The notes beneath the pieces are model-generated. The model did not search any database and was not told the origin of the DNA. It worked only from the letters and a program-made list of their open reading frames with translations. Source: Candidatus Microgenomates bacterium (GTDB lineage: Bacteria; Patescibacteriota; JACPGU01). From it: DNA of 64,000 nt. The stretch's first letter is position 1; the number at the start of each line of letters is the position of its first letter. The stretch is taken from assembly GCA_016188915.1 (NCBI GenBank), contig JACPGU010000002.1:85287-149286 (forward strand), in the 5' to 3' direction. This document shows, one piece after another, positions 29,121 through 37,429 of this stretch. Position numbers and translations under genes: made by a program.

Positions 29121-30569
29121 ATGTCAAATATAGACTCGCCTCAATATCTATCAAGCAAGGACATCGGAGTTTTGAAAAAAACCCTTGTCTCGTTTGCAAT
29201 CGACACATCAAAAGACAAACGAATCGGGCAACCCTATTTCCAGAACAATGAGCAATGGGAATTTTTCTATTTATACTTTAAAAAACACGCAGAGGAAGAT
29301 ATAAAGAAAATCTGTAGCAATATCATAAGCAATCATAAAGAGATTAAAAAGACGATATTTTTTGATGCAATCTACGATATATTCCAAAGAAATGTTTTTT
29401 ATGCTATTTTTCGAGGCGAATTCACCGCTGTGGCGTTAAAAACCGAGAAATTTGATGATGGCAGTATGGCTATTGACCTCGCTCCTCGTAAAGTGGGTTT
29501 AGATACATTCATTAAATATTCTGATGACTTAGCTATTCCGATTGTCGAGCACATAAACCAGCAGATAGCCAATAAAATATCTTTTTACAAGAATCATAGA
29601 GTGATAACGTGGGTGCCAGTTACCAACTTACGCATAGACAAAGATGTATGTTTTGAATTTGCCAATGTTAGTTTTATCTCTAAAGAGTGTCCCGCTCTTA
29701 CGGAAAATTTTGTAAAGTGGGTTAAAATGGATAAGTTTCGAGATGGCGAGAGGACAATGCTTAGAGATTCTGGAAATTTTGCTATTATAAAGTTCGAGGG
29801 CTGTTCAGCACCAAAAGCAATCTTTGATTTAAGTAGGCCATATTTCAATAAAGTGTTTGGTGTCCTCCGTCTATTGCTAGATTGGGCAGAGGTAGAAGGA
29901 GAACTTATAGGGACAAAGCAGTCATTGGAGACAGAATATACCGTGATTTATTCTGAGAGTAGTCACGATAACTCCACGATGACAGCAGTGATGCCAGAAA
30001 TAAATAGCGATTTCTTTATTGCAAGAAATGAATATTGGATACGTTGTCCGATAATTAGCAGTAAGAGCATTGAGCAAATATCGAACTCTCCTAACCTCAA
30101 AGCCACAAATGCGTTATTGGAAAGGGCATATAACAGTAAGAGTACCTCATTGGATAGCAAGATTTTTGACTCATTATTTTGGTATTCAGAAAGCTTAAAA
30201 CATTTTACTACTCCCCATAAACTTGTTGGATTTGTAACTGCCCTAGAGACTATTCTTACAAGCAATAAGCTAACAGAGGGTTTTTATGACAAATCAATAT
30301 CGGAAATGTTCTCAGAACGAGGAGCTATAGTGTTGTGCGATAGCTATGAAGATAGATTGGAAATGAAACGAAAACTAAAAGGGATATATCGCATAAGAAG
30401 TATATTGGTTCACGGTTCTGGAACGGGTAGCATATCAGATTCCGAAATCACCGATGCTCATCATCTAGCCACAGGCATTTTGTTGGGAGTCATTGACTTA
30501 GCGAACAAAGAGAATATTTCTTCAGTAGAAGAACTGAACGATTATTTTCAAAAAGTATTACTGTCCTAG
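29121..30569 (+). CDS. HEPN-like (Rx4-6H) domain protein, possible abortive-infection/defense effector
   Basis: 482 aa. The C-terminal alpha region carries KLKGIYRIRSILVHGSG (R-x4-H and R-x6-H). The N-terminal 300 aa are unassigned. Confidence 0.4.
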   Translation: MSNIDSPQYLSSKDIGVLKKTLVSFAIDTSKDKRIGQPYFQNNEQWEFFYLYFKKHAEEDIKKICSNIISNHKEIKKTIFFDAIYDIFQRNVFYAIFRGEFTAVALKTEKFDDGSMAIDLAPRKVGLDTFIKYSDDLAIPIVEHINQQIANKISFYKNHRVITWVPVTNLRIDKDVCFEFANVSFISKECPALTENFVKWVKMDKFRDGERTMLRDSGNFAIIKFEGCSAPKAIFDLSRPYFNKVFGVLRLLLDWAEVEGELIGTKQSLETEYTVIYSESSHDNSTMTAVMPEINSDFFIARNEYWIRCPIISSKSIEQISNSPNLKATNALLERAYNSKSTSLDSKIFDSLFWYSESLKHFTTPHKLVGFVTALETILTSNKLTEGFYDKSISEMFSERGAIVLCDSYEDRLEMKRKLKGIYRIRSILVHGSGTGSISDSEITDAHHLATGILLGVIDLANKENISSVEELNDYFQKVLLS

Positions 30570-30595
30570 GTTTAATACTATAAGCAACCACTATA

Positions 30596-31129
30596 TTAAC
30601 AGCTTCTCCTTATTCCCAGCTTTATTTCAAAATCTATAAGTGTCTTGGTGGCTTCTAAAGCAAATTTCAATGCTTTGTGCCTTGCTCTAAGAGGCATCTT
30701 GGTTGTTTCTTCGTAGTCTCTCCCTAATTCTTGGTACCTTTTCATAGCTTCTTGGCAAATCGCAATGAGTGATTTCAGGGAATCAAATTCCTGTTTTTCA
30801 TAAACAATTTTTATCTTTCTAAAAAAATATGGATTTCCACTAATAATTACTGCTGAATCTTGTGTTAAGAGATTATTTCTATAATTATTTATAACAGTGT
30901 GGGACGGGATACTTATATTGGGATAATTTATACGGTTGCTTCTAACCAAATACTCTAACTCTGACTTAACTTTTCTTGAAGAATAACCACCGATTACCAT
31001 TTGCCTTAATTCATCCTCTAGCTCCGTTGGGAGAGTAGCTATCTTATTTTTATACCCATAGTCCTTTAGCAGGAGCATTTCTGCTAAGTTATCGGTATTT
31101 CTTTTGATTTGTTCTTCGGTCATTTTCAT
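30596..31129 (-). CDS. hypothetical protein
   Basis: 177 aa, no motif. Confidence 0.35.
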   Translation of the reverse strand: MKMTEEQIKRNTDNLAEMLLLKDYGYKNKIATLPTELEDELRQMVIGGYSSRKVKSELEYLVRSNRINYPNISIPSHTVINNYRNNLLTQDSAVIISGNPYFFRKIKIVYEKQEFDSLKSLIAICQEAMKRYQELGRDYEETTKMPLRARHKALKFALEATKTLIDFEIKLGIRRSC

Positions 31130-31304
31130 ATTTTCTCCTGCATTTCCCGAACAGTTGTAAAGGGATAATTGTATTACCTCATATTTTTTGGTATTATTTA
31201 TGAAGTTTGTATATTAAATGACTGGGATTAGTATTGGCTCTAGCTCCATCAAAGAAATTCGAATGTCGTCCCAGAAGTCCCGTTTTTTGAAAAAAATGCC
31301 GAAA

Positions 31305-31990
31305 GAAAAGCGCGGGGCGTGATGCCCCGCGATAAAATGTATGCTTCAAGCGATCTGCGAGGGGCGCAGATTGCCCAAAACATTACGCGTAATGTCTTAG
31401 TTTTAGTTTCCACTTCACACTATCCCCATAGTGCTTTTTCACCTCTTAATGCTGGCCAGCCACGAAGTTGTGATAATTCTCGAGATCTGACCTTGTCGAA
31501 ATCGTGAAGGACCTGGTGTTGCCGTCACAATCAGAGGCCGTCAGGGTGTCTCCTTTGTGAACCACTTTTCCCCCCAAACAACCAATGATTTCCCTCTCTT
31601 TTGTAGCTTCCCATAAAATCGGGAGTTCTTCTTTCCGCCCTTCTCTTACTGTTCCTTGATCTTGAGTTCGCATGCTCTGAGCCTTTCTGGTTCGTCTGCC
31701 GTAGACAGACTATGGTTTTTTCCTTCCTACTGAAAGGAAAGCTCTACTCTCCCTTCAGGGATTAGCCCCGAGTTATTCCCGGTTTGTTTTGGGACTAATC
31801 CAGTGCCGATAGATCACCTCCTTGCGTTCTCCTTGAGATTTTACACCAGAGCCCAGAAAGTAGGCTTTTATTTTTAAGGTCGGAAAGGTGTTCGCAACAA
31901 CATGGAGAGAAAACTGTCAGAGCATGCGAAGGCGAGCCAGTTTTCTCATCCATGTGTCGCGAACCTGCCGGAATAATAATCTTATGTTAG
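31305..31990. ncRNA. candidate large structured non-coding RNA (identity and strand unresolved)
   Basis: This is an ORF-free stretch of about 0.7 kb with visibly higher GC than the flanks. It contains local hairpins GCGGGGC-gtgat-GCCCCGC (31311-31332), ATCTGCG-aggg-CGCAGAT (31352-31374), CCTTCC-tactgaa-AGGAAAG and GGATTAG...CTAATCC. It also has a perfect 14-nt long-range complement GTTCGCATGCTCTGA (31668-31682) with TCAGAGCATGCGAA (31918-31932), and a crossing complement ATTCCCGG (31781-88) with CCGGAAT (31964-70). Confidence 0.35.
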
Positions 31991-32015
31991 CAAAATAAGA
32001 GAAGAAAGTCAAGCC

Positions 32016-33497
32016 CTAGGGTAGATGCACGGCCTTGGCGGCGTAGGACCTGTGATCGTTGGCAACAATCACCACCAAATCTTCTTTTTTGGCCAATTTT
32101 TTGGTTTTGACGAAATGGGCGATTTCCGCCATCAACTTTTTCTCATTTTCCAGAAAAATCCCGTAGCCGGCCACTACCCCCCAAGAAAGAGCCAGTTGAT
32201 TGATGACTTTTTTGTCATGGGAGAGCGCCACCACGAAACATTGCGGCCTGGACTGCGATATCATCCGCGCCGAAAATCCTGTTTCGGTAAAGCAAACGAT
32301 GCATTTAGCCTTCACATTTTTGGCCAAGGCTTTCGCCGAAGGACCGATGATTTTTGGCGAGATGACGCGATGCGACTGGTTTTTCAAGGGTACCAGATTG
32401 GTTAGTGAAAAATTCTCAAAATTGAGCCTGCCAGTGCGGAAAAGTCCCTTCTCTGTCTCGCGAATGATAGAGGCCATCATTTTCACCGCCTTGATCGGAT
32501 AGGGCCCCATAGCTGTTTCTTCCGACAGCATCACCGCGTCCGTGCCATCCAGCACCGCGTTGGCCACATCGGAAACTTCGGCTCTGGTTGGCCTGGGACT
32601 GGTCATCATTGACTCCATCATTTGAGTCGCCGTAATGACCGGCTTGCCACTTGATACCGCGGCCGCAATGATTTCTTTTTGCGCCAAAGGCACTCTCTCC
32701 GGTGGCAATTCAATCCCTAGATCGCCACGAGCCACCATCACGCCATCGGCTTCCCGCAAGATGCTTTTGATACTGCTGTATGCGTGCGGTTTTTCTATTT
32801 TGGCGATGATTTTGACTCGCGAATCTTTGCGAATTTTGCGAATTTCTTTGCGAAGAATACGAATGTCTTCCGCCGACTGAACAAAAGAAAGCCCAATGAA
32901 ATCCACGTCGTGTTCCACTCCCCAGCGCAAATCGGCCAAATCTTTTTTCGTTAACGCGCCTATGGATAGATGAGCGTTGGGAATATTGATGCCCTTACGA
33001 GACAAAACCAATCCCCCGCGAACCACTTGCGCCTCGGCCATTCCTTTTGCTTTGCCGATCACTTTGAGCTCCACCATGCCGTCCATCATAAGGATTTTGG
33101 TGCCAATTTTTACCTCTTCGGCCAATTGTTTGTAATCAATGGGAAGAAAACCTTTTTTGAATTTGCCGAAACCTACCGAGATTTTCTCGCCTTCGGTCAA
33201 AACAACGCCTTTTTTCGGCAGATCGGCTCCCAAGCGAATCCGCGGCCCTTGAAGATCTTGCAAGATGGCCAGCGACTGATGGTCTTCGTTAGCAATACGC
33301 CTCAATTGATAAAGCCATTGCTCGAACTCTTCATATTTACCGTGCGAAAAATTAAACCGCGCCACATCAAGCCCGGCCTCAATCAAGGCTCTCTGCGTTT
33401 TTTCATCTTTCGTCGCCGGCCCGATGGTGGCGACAATCTTTGTGCGATTTTGGGAAATGTTCATTTTGTTTTTATTAGTTTCTCTATTGTGTTCCAA
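32016..33497 (-). CDS. pyk: pyruvate kinase
   Basis: 493 aa. KIVATIGPATKDEKTQRALIEAGLDVARFNFSHG, ...MVARGDLGIE and later motifs are present. Has a short N-terminal extension. Confidence 0.9.
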   Translation of the reverse strand: MEHNRETNKNKMNISQNRTKIVATIGPATKDEKTQRALIEAGLDVARFNFSHGKYEEFEQWLYQLRRIANEDHQSLAILQDLQGPRIRLGADLPKKGVVLTEGEKISVGFGKFKKGFLPIDYKQLAEEVKIGTKILMMDGMVELKVIGKAKGMAEAQVVRGGLVLSRKGINIPNAHLSIGALTKKDLADLRWGVEHDVDFIGLSFVQSAEDIRILRKEIRKIRKDSRVKIIAKIEKPHAYSSIKSILREADGVMVARGDLGIELPPERVPLAQKEIIAAAVSSGKPVITATQMMESMMTSPRPTRAEVSDVANAVLDGTDAVMLSEETAMGPYPIKAVKMMASIIRETEKGLFRTGRLNFENFSLTNLVPLKNQSHRVISPKIIGPSAKALAKNVKAKCIVCFTETGFSARMISQSRPQCFVVALSHDKKVINQLALSWGVVAGYGIFLENEKKLMAEIAHFVKTKKLAKKEDLVVIVANDHRSYAAKAVHLP

Positions 33498-34078
33498 GAA
33501 AACCCTCTCCCGGCCAAATAGCGCGTCATTTTCTCCCGTTGTTTACGATCCGCCATATCAGTCCAGACACGAGATTTTTTTTCAAAGGCCTGGTGGGCGA
33601 GAGACTCTTCTGTTTCGGTATCAATATTTTCCGCTAAAACCTGTTTTAAAATCTCATCAGCAATGCCTTTCTGTCGCAACTCCATCTGTAACGCTCTTTT
33701 GCCCTTTGGGTTAAATTTCGCCCGCTCTCTAATCCACATCTCGGCAAAACGCTGATCGTCAATCAAATTTAAATCTTTGGCTTTCTCCAAAGTCTGTGCA
33801 ATAACATTATCACTAAATTCCTTGCTTTTCAATTTGTTGATAACCTCTTTTTCTGACCTTTCCCTGCTTTTCAGGAAAAAAAGAAGCGCGTTCCACGCCT
33901 TGGCGCTTGTCTCCTCATTTTCCATCTTGGCCAAAAAATCTTCATCTACTTCCTGCCCAATTTTGAGTCCCAGTCGCGCCACCGCTCCTTCGTCCATCCC
34001 ACAATAAAACTCCCCGTCCAAGAACAGATTCCAGCGATCTTTACGCTTTTTTTGAGGAGAAAGATTGGTGATTTTCAT
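33461..34078 (-). CDS. recX: RecA regulator RecX
   Basis: 205 aa with a three-repeat helical pattern. ...KAWNALLFFLKSRERSEKEVINKLKSKEF...ELRQKGIADEI is typical of RecX. Confidence 0.7.
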   Translation of the reverse strand: MKITNLSPQKKRKDRWNLFLDGEFYCGMDEGAVARLGLKIGQEVDEDFLAKMENEETSAKAWNALLFFLKSRERSEKEVINKLKSKEFSDNVIAQTLEKAKDLNLIDDQRFAEMWIRERAKFNPKGKRALQMELRQKGIADEILKQVLAENIDTETEESLAHQAFEKKSRVWTDMADRKQREKMTRYLAGRGFSWNTIEKLIKTK

Positions 34079-34107
34079 GTAGTGGCAGTAAATAATTAAG
34101 TATATAT

Positions 34108-35349
34108 TTACAGGTTATTGCTAGAAGCGGCTTCAAAGTTCATTTTGCTTAATTGTTTCGTTGTTTTCTTGGTTAATTGGAACGCCGCGCAAGTCGCGAT
34201 CATGACGGCGTTGTCACCACAATAAATAGTATCAGGTATTAAGTATTGAGTGTTAGGTATGAGCTGCCGAATTTCCAGTCTCATTTTTTCTCGCAATCTT
34301 TTATTCGCCGCCACACCACCAGCGATGCTGATAGTTTTTGCCTTATATTTCTGCGCGGCCTTGATGGTCTTGGCGACCAAAACATCGGTGGCGGCTTCTT
34401 CGAATTCATAAGCGAACATTCTTTTTCTCGCTTCAGTGGAGGTCTCACCTCCAGCAAAGCCGGAGGAAAGACCTCCGCTTTCGCGTTGCCATGCATACAA
34501 AACTGCGGTTTTCAGACCAGAAAAAGAAAAATTGAAATCGTTGCTATCGAGCATTGGACGAGGGAGAACAATCGGAGATTTATGATTTAAGATTTCAGAT
34601 TTTGGATTTTCAATCTGCAATCCTGCCTCGCCGGCAGGCAGGCTACAATCTGCAATCTGCAATTTTTCACGATATTTTTCGGCTTCTGCCGAAACGACCG
34701 GTCCGCCCGGGTACGGCAACCCCAAGATTTTGGCGACTTTATCAAACGCTTCTCCCGCTGCGTCATCCAAAGTTTCTCCGAGTGTTTGATATTGGCCGTG
34801 ATCTTTCATTAAAATAAGCGAGGTATGACCACCAGAGACCAGCAATATAATTGCTGGAAATTCAAAATTATTAGCGTTTAGCGTAGAGCGCTTAGCGTCT
34901 AGTTTAAGATTTTGGATTTTGGATTTATTTGAGATTTGAGTTTTGAGATTTGAGATTTCGCAAACGAAGTTTGCGTAAATGTGTCCCTCCAGATGATTCA
35001 CCGGTATTAAGGGCTTCCCCCACGCCAGCGCCAATGATTTGGCGGTATTAACGCCTACCAAAAGCGAGCCGATCAGTCCCGGATAGGCCGTCACGGCGAT
35101 TGCGTCTATCTGCGAAGGTGTCACCTTCGCATCTTTGAGAGCTCGTTCCGCCACCGAGATTATTTTTTCTACATGGGCGCGGGATGCTACCTCCGGTACC
35201 ACTCCGCCAGTCAAAGCGTGTATATCTATTTGAGAGGAGACAACATTGGAGAGGATAATCGCAGATTGTGGATTTTTAATTTCAGATTGTAGCTCAACTA
35301 CTGCCGCCGCTGTTTCATCGCATGATGTTTCAATACCTAATATTTTCAT
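34108..35349 (-). CDS. tsaD: tRNA N6-adenosine threonylcarbamoyltransferase TsaD (with three in-frame insertions)
   Basis: 413 aa versus about 340 for typical TsaD. Motifs MKILGIETSCDETAAA, HLEGH, LLVSGGHTSL, GLPYPGG and FSFSGLKTAV are all present. The extra length comes from three repeat-derived insertions (see repeat features). Confidence 0.85.
   Translation of the reverse strand: MKILGIETSCDETAAAVVELQSEIKNPQSAIILSNVVSSQIDIHALTGGVVPEVASRAHVEKIISVAERALKDAKVTPSQIDAIAVTAYPGLIGSLLVGVNTAKSLALAWGKPLIPVNHLEGHIYANFVCEISNLKTQISNKSKIQNLKLDAKRSTLNANNFEFPAIILLVSGGHTSLILMKDHGQYQTLGETLDDAAGEAFDKVAKILGLPYPGGPVVSAEAEKYREKLQIADCSLPAGEAGLQIENPKSEILNHKSPIVLPRPMLDSNDFNFSFSGLKTAVLYAWQRESGGLSSGFAGGETSTEARKRMFAYEFEEAATDVLVAKTIKAAQKYKAKTISIAGGVAANKRLREKMRLEIRQLIPNTQYLIPDTIYCGDNAVMIATCAAFQLTKKTTKQLSKMNFEAASSNNL
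34573..34662. repeat. heptamer-repeat/palindromic mini-element, in-frame 90-nt insertion in tsaD (copy A)
   Basis: AGATTTcAGATTTtGGATTTt heptamers, then the hairpin CCTGCC-tcgcc-GGCAGG, then CAATCTGCAATCTGCAA. It encodes the 30-aa insert LQIADCSLPAGEAGLQIENPKSEILNHKSP, which lies between conserved ...EKYREK and IVLPRPM... Confidence 0.6.
34873..34965. repeat. heptamer-repeat/palindromic mini-element, in-frame 93-nt insertion in tsaD (copy B)
   Basis: TTAGCGTAGAGCGCTTAGCG palindrome, then AGATTTTGGATTTTGGATTTATTTGAGATTTGAGTTTTGAGATTTGAGATTT, then the hairpin CGCAAAC-gaag-GTTTGCG. It encodes VCEISNLKTQISNKSKIQNLKLDAKRSTLNA between HLEGHIYANF and NFEFPAIILLVSGGH. Confidence 0.6.
35263..35292. 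repeat. short related insertion in tsaD N-terminus (copy C)
   Basis: AGATTGTGGATTTTTAATTTCAGATTGTAG contains a direct repeat of CAGATTGT. It encodes LQSEIKNPQS, which is absent from canonical TsaD between the ETSCDETA and LSNVxxSQ segments. Confidence 0.4.
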
Positions 35350-35430
35350 ATTATTGTGTAGCGTATTATAATAGACACAGTATATTATATCAGATTATTG
35401 GTTTTCTTGCTTTAATAAGCTATAATACTA

Positions 35431-36333
35431 TTGACTATGTCAACCGACAACCTGTTGCAATCAAAACGATGGGCGGAATTTCAAAAAGCTCTGGGAAGAG
35501 AGGTTTTTTGGATTGAAGATGCTTTATTGATAAAAAATAATCTCCCAAAAAACAAATGTTATCTTTTTTGCCCCTGGGGTCCAGAAAAATTAAATCAAGA
35601 TTTTTTGTTTAAGGCAAAGCTTTTGGCCAAAAAAGAGAAAGCTATTTTTATTCGCGTGGAGCCACGGGCAGGATTTAAGACAAAGGGTTTAGGATATAGA
35701 ATAAAAAAAACAAAAGACATCCATCCAAAGAATACTTTGGTCCTAGACCTTACCCAGGGCGAAGAAGAGTTGCTCAAAAATTTAAAGCAAAAAACTAGGT
35801 ACAATATCAATCTGGCAGCTAAAAAGGGCGTAAAAATAGAGACAACAACTAACCCCGAGCATATAAAAGTTTTCTATAAAATTATTGAGCAAACCAACAA
35901 AAGAGATCATGTTCGCTCTCATTCTAAAGATTACTACAAAAAAATGCTGGAGTCTCTGGGTGATGATGGCATCCTAAGGCTTTATTTGGCTCGCTACAAC
36001 AATCAATACATTGCCGGTAATCTCATCGCTTTTTATGGCAATACTGCAACTTACCTCCACGGAGCTTCTTCTGATTCAGAAAGAAATGTCATGGCGCCCT
36101 ACCTTTTGCAATGGCAAGCGATTAAAGATGCCAAGGAATACGGATGTCAGTATTATGATTTTTTCGGTATCGCTCCTAATGATTCCGTCCGTCATCCCTG
36201 GGCAGGAATTACCAGATTCAAAAAAGGCTTTGGTGGAACGCAAATAAATTTTCCGGGAACATACGATGTGGTGATTTCTGGAGGATGGTATATGATGTAT
36301 AAAATCTTTAGAACTTTGAATAGGCTAAGATAA
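35431..36333 (+). CDS. FemAB-family peptidoglycan interpeptide-bridge aminoacyltransferase-like protein
   Basis: 300 aa with two GNAT-like halves. TRYNINLAAKKGVKIE...NLIAFYGNTATYLHGASS...LLQWQAIKDAKEYGCQYYDFFGIAP resembles FemX/FemAB proteins. Confidence 0.5.
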   Translation: MTMSTDNLLQSKRWAEFQKALGREVFWIEDALLIKNNLPKNKCYLFCPWGPEKLNQDFLFKAKLLAKKEKAIFIRVEPRAGFKTKGLGYRIKKTKDIHPKNTLVLDLTQGEEELLKNLKQKTRYNINLAAKKGVKIETTTNPEHIKVFYKIIEQTNKRDHVRSHSKDYYKKMLESLGDDGILRLYLARYNNQYIAGNLIAFYGNTATYLHGASSDSERNVMAPYLLQWQAIKDAKEYGCQYYDFFGIAPNDSVRHPWAGITRFKKGFGGTQINFPGTYDVVISGGWYMMYKIFRTLNRLR

Positions 36334-36344
36334 CAGAAAAATTA

Positions 36345-36470
36345 TAAGCTCTAAATCCTAAATTATAAAGAAATTACAAGGCCCGAATCAAAAAGCTTAA
36401 AATGATTTGGAGTTTATGATTTGGAGCTTTTTTTTAGAATTTAGATTTTAGAATTTAGAGTTTAAGCCCC
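36345..36470. repeat. intergenic copy of the heptamer-repeat/palindromic element family (copy E)
   Basis: GCTCTAAATCCTAAATT ... GATTTGGAGTTTATGATTTGGAGC ... AATTTAGATTTTAGAATTTAGAGTTTAAGC. It has the same GATTTGR heptamers and imperfect inverted arms. Lies between the femAB-like gene and holA. Confidence 0.4.
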
Positions 36471-36475
36471 CTCTG

Positions 36476-37420
36476 ATGCTTTATCTTTTTCACGGAGAAG
36501 ATGATTTTCTCTCTTCGCAGCAATTGCAAAGGCAAAAAAATAATTTCGTCACCAAACACGGAGATATCAATCTTTCGGTCTATGACGAAGATAATTTTGT
36601 TTTTGAAAATCTAGCCAATGATCTTTTATCTTCTCCTTTTTTGGGTGAAAAAAGATTGGTGGTAGCAGAAAATCTTTTGGGCGTTTGGAAAAAAGAAGAC
36701 AAAGAAAAATTTGAAAAAATTATACCAAAAATAGCCGATACCACTATCGTTATCTTTCACGAAATAAAAAAAACAGACAGCCGCAATATGCTACTAAAAT
36801 ATTTTTCAAAAGACAACATCAAAGAATTTGTTCCGATGGACCAACCCCGATTAAGAAACTGGATAGATGCTCAAATGAGAGAATCTGGCTATCAAATAGA
36901 GTCAAAGACAAGCTTTGTTTTGGCCAATCGCGCCGGAGGCAACACCCGCCAAATTTACCATGAAATACAAAAATTATTAGCCTACAAATTTGAAGAAAAA
37001 AAAATTACCGCTCAAGATGTGGGAATGATAGTCTCCGAGCAGATGAATACTAATATTTTTGATTTTTCTAATGCTTTAGCCCAAAAAAATCTCACCCTAT
37101 CAGAGAAAGTTTTGAAAAATATTAGCGATACAGGAGAAAGTACTTTTGGCATTATGTCGCTTATCTCCAAACAATTTCGAAATCTTTTAGGCCTCAAAAT
37201 AGCCCGAGAAGAAAAAATAGACCAAAACACTATTGCTGAAAAATTAGCTATTCATCCTTACGCCTTGAAAAAATCAGCCGAACAGCTCCACAATTTCAGT
37301 ATAGAGAAATTACTTCAGATATATCATGCTATCGCCGCCACCGATCTGGCTATCAAGACCGGCGAAATGGAAGAAAGTCTAGCATTGGATCTTTTGGTGG
37401 TGAAAATTTGCCAACACTAA
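36476..37420 (+). CDS. holA: DNA polymerase III subunit delta
   Basis: 314 aa. The N-terminus MLYLFHGEDDFLSSQQLQ and overall pattern are typical of HolA. Confidence 0.7.
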   Translation: MLYLFHGEDDFLSSQQLQRQKNNFVTKHGDINLSVYDEDNFVFENLANDLLSSPFLGEKRLVVAENLLGVWKKEDKEKFEKIIPKIADTTIVIFHEIKKTDSRNMLLKYFSKDNIKEFVPMDQPRLRNWIDAQMRESGYQIESKTSFVLANRAGGNTRQIYHEIQKLLAYKFEEKKITAQDVGMIVSEQMNTNIFDFSNALAQKNLTLSEKVLKNISDTGESTFGIMSLISKQFRNLLGLKIAREEKIDQNTIAEKLAIHPYALKKSAEQLHNFSIEKLLQIYHAIAATDLAIKTGEMEESLALDLLVVKICQH

Positions 37421-37429
37421 GAACTTTTC

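Larger units (their letters stand above)
20630..31300. mobile_element. putative integrated element or genomic island at tRNA-Ser (right boundary not defined)
   Basis: A tRNA-adjacent large serine recombinase plus a second small serine recombinase. The cargo is enriched in defense-type and nuclease genes with no core functions. A GC-richer non-coding segment lies at the distal end, before the core gene pyk. No att direct repeat was found by eye. Confidence 0.45.

Noticed and set aside
31810-31830. GATCACCTCCTT, which resembles the 16S rRNA 3' end (anti-Shine-Dalgarno)
   Set aside because: It is isolated, with no flanking 16S helix 45 or other rRNA sequence. I treat it as coincidental within the structured non-coding segment.
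31140-32010. tmRNA (ssrA) hypothesis for the structured non-coding segment
   Set aside because: No tRNA-like T-arm (GGTTCGAWTCC) or ACCA-proximal acceptor pairing on either strand. No obvious tag-peptide reading frame ending in AA-stop.
32025-33521. Plus-strand ORFs (126, 100, 81 and 183 aa) opposite pyk
   Set aside because: They are antisense to a pyruvate kinase gene with unambiguous motifs. They are shadow ORFs.
34900-34960. Tandem short repeats (GATTTGAG and similar) that could be taken for a CRISPR or tandem-repeat array
   Set aside because: The period is 7 nt and the units are degenerate, with no regularly spaced unique spacers. They lie inside an intact tsaD reading frame. I interpret them as part of the in-frame mini-element family instead.
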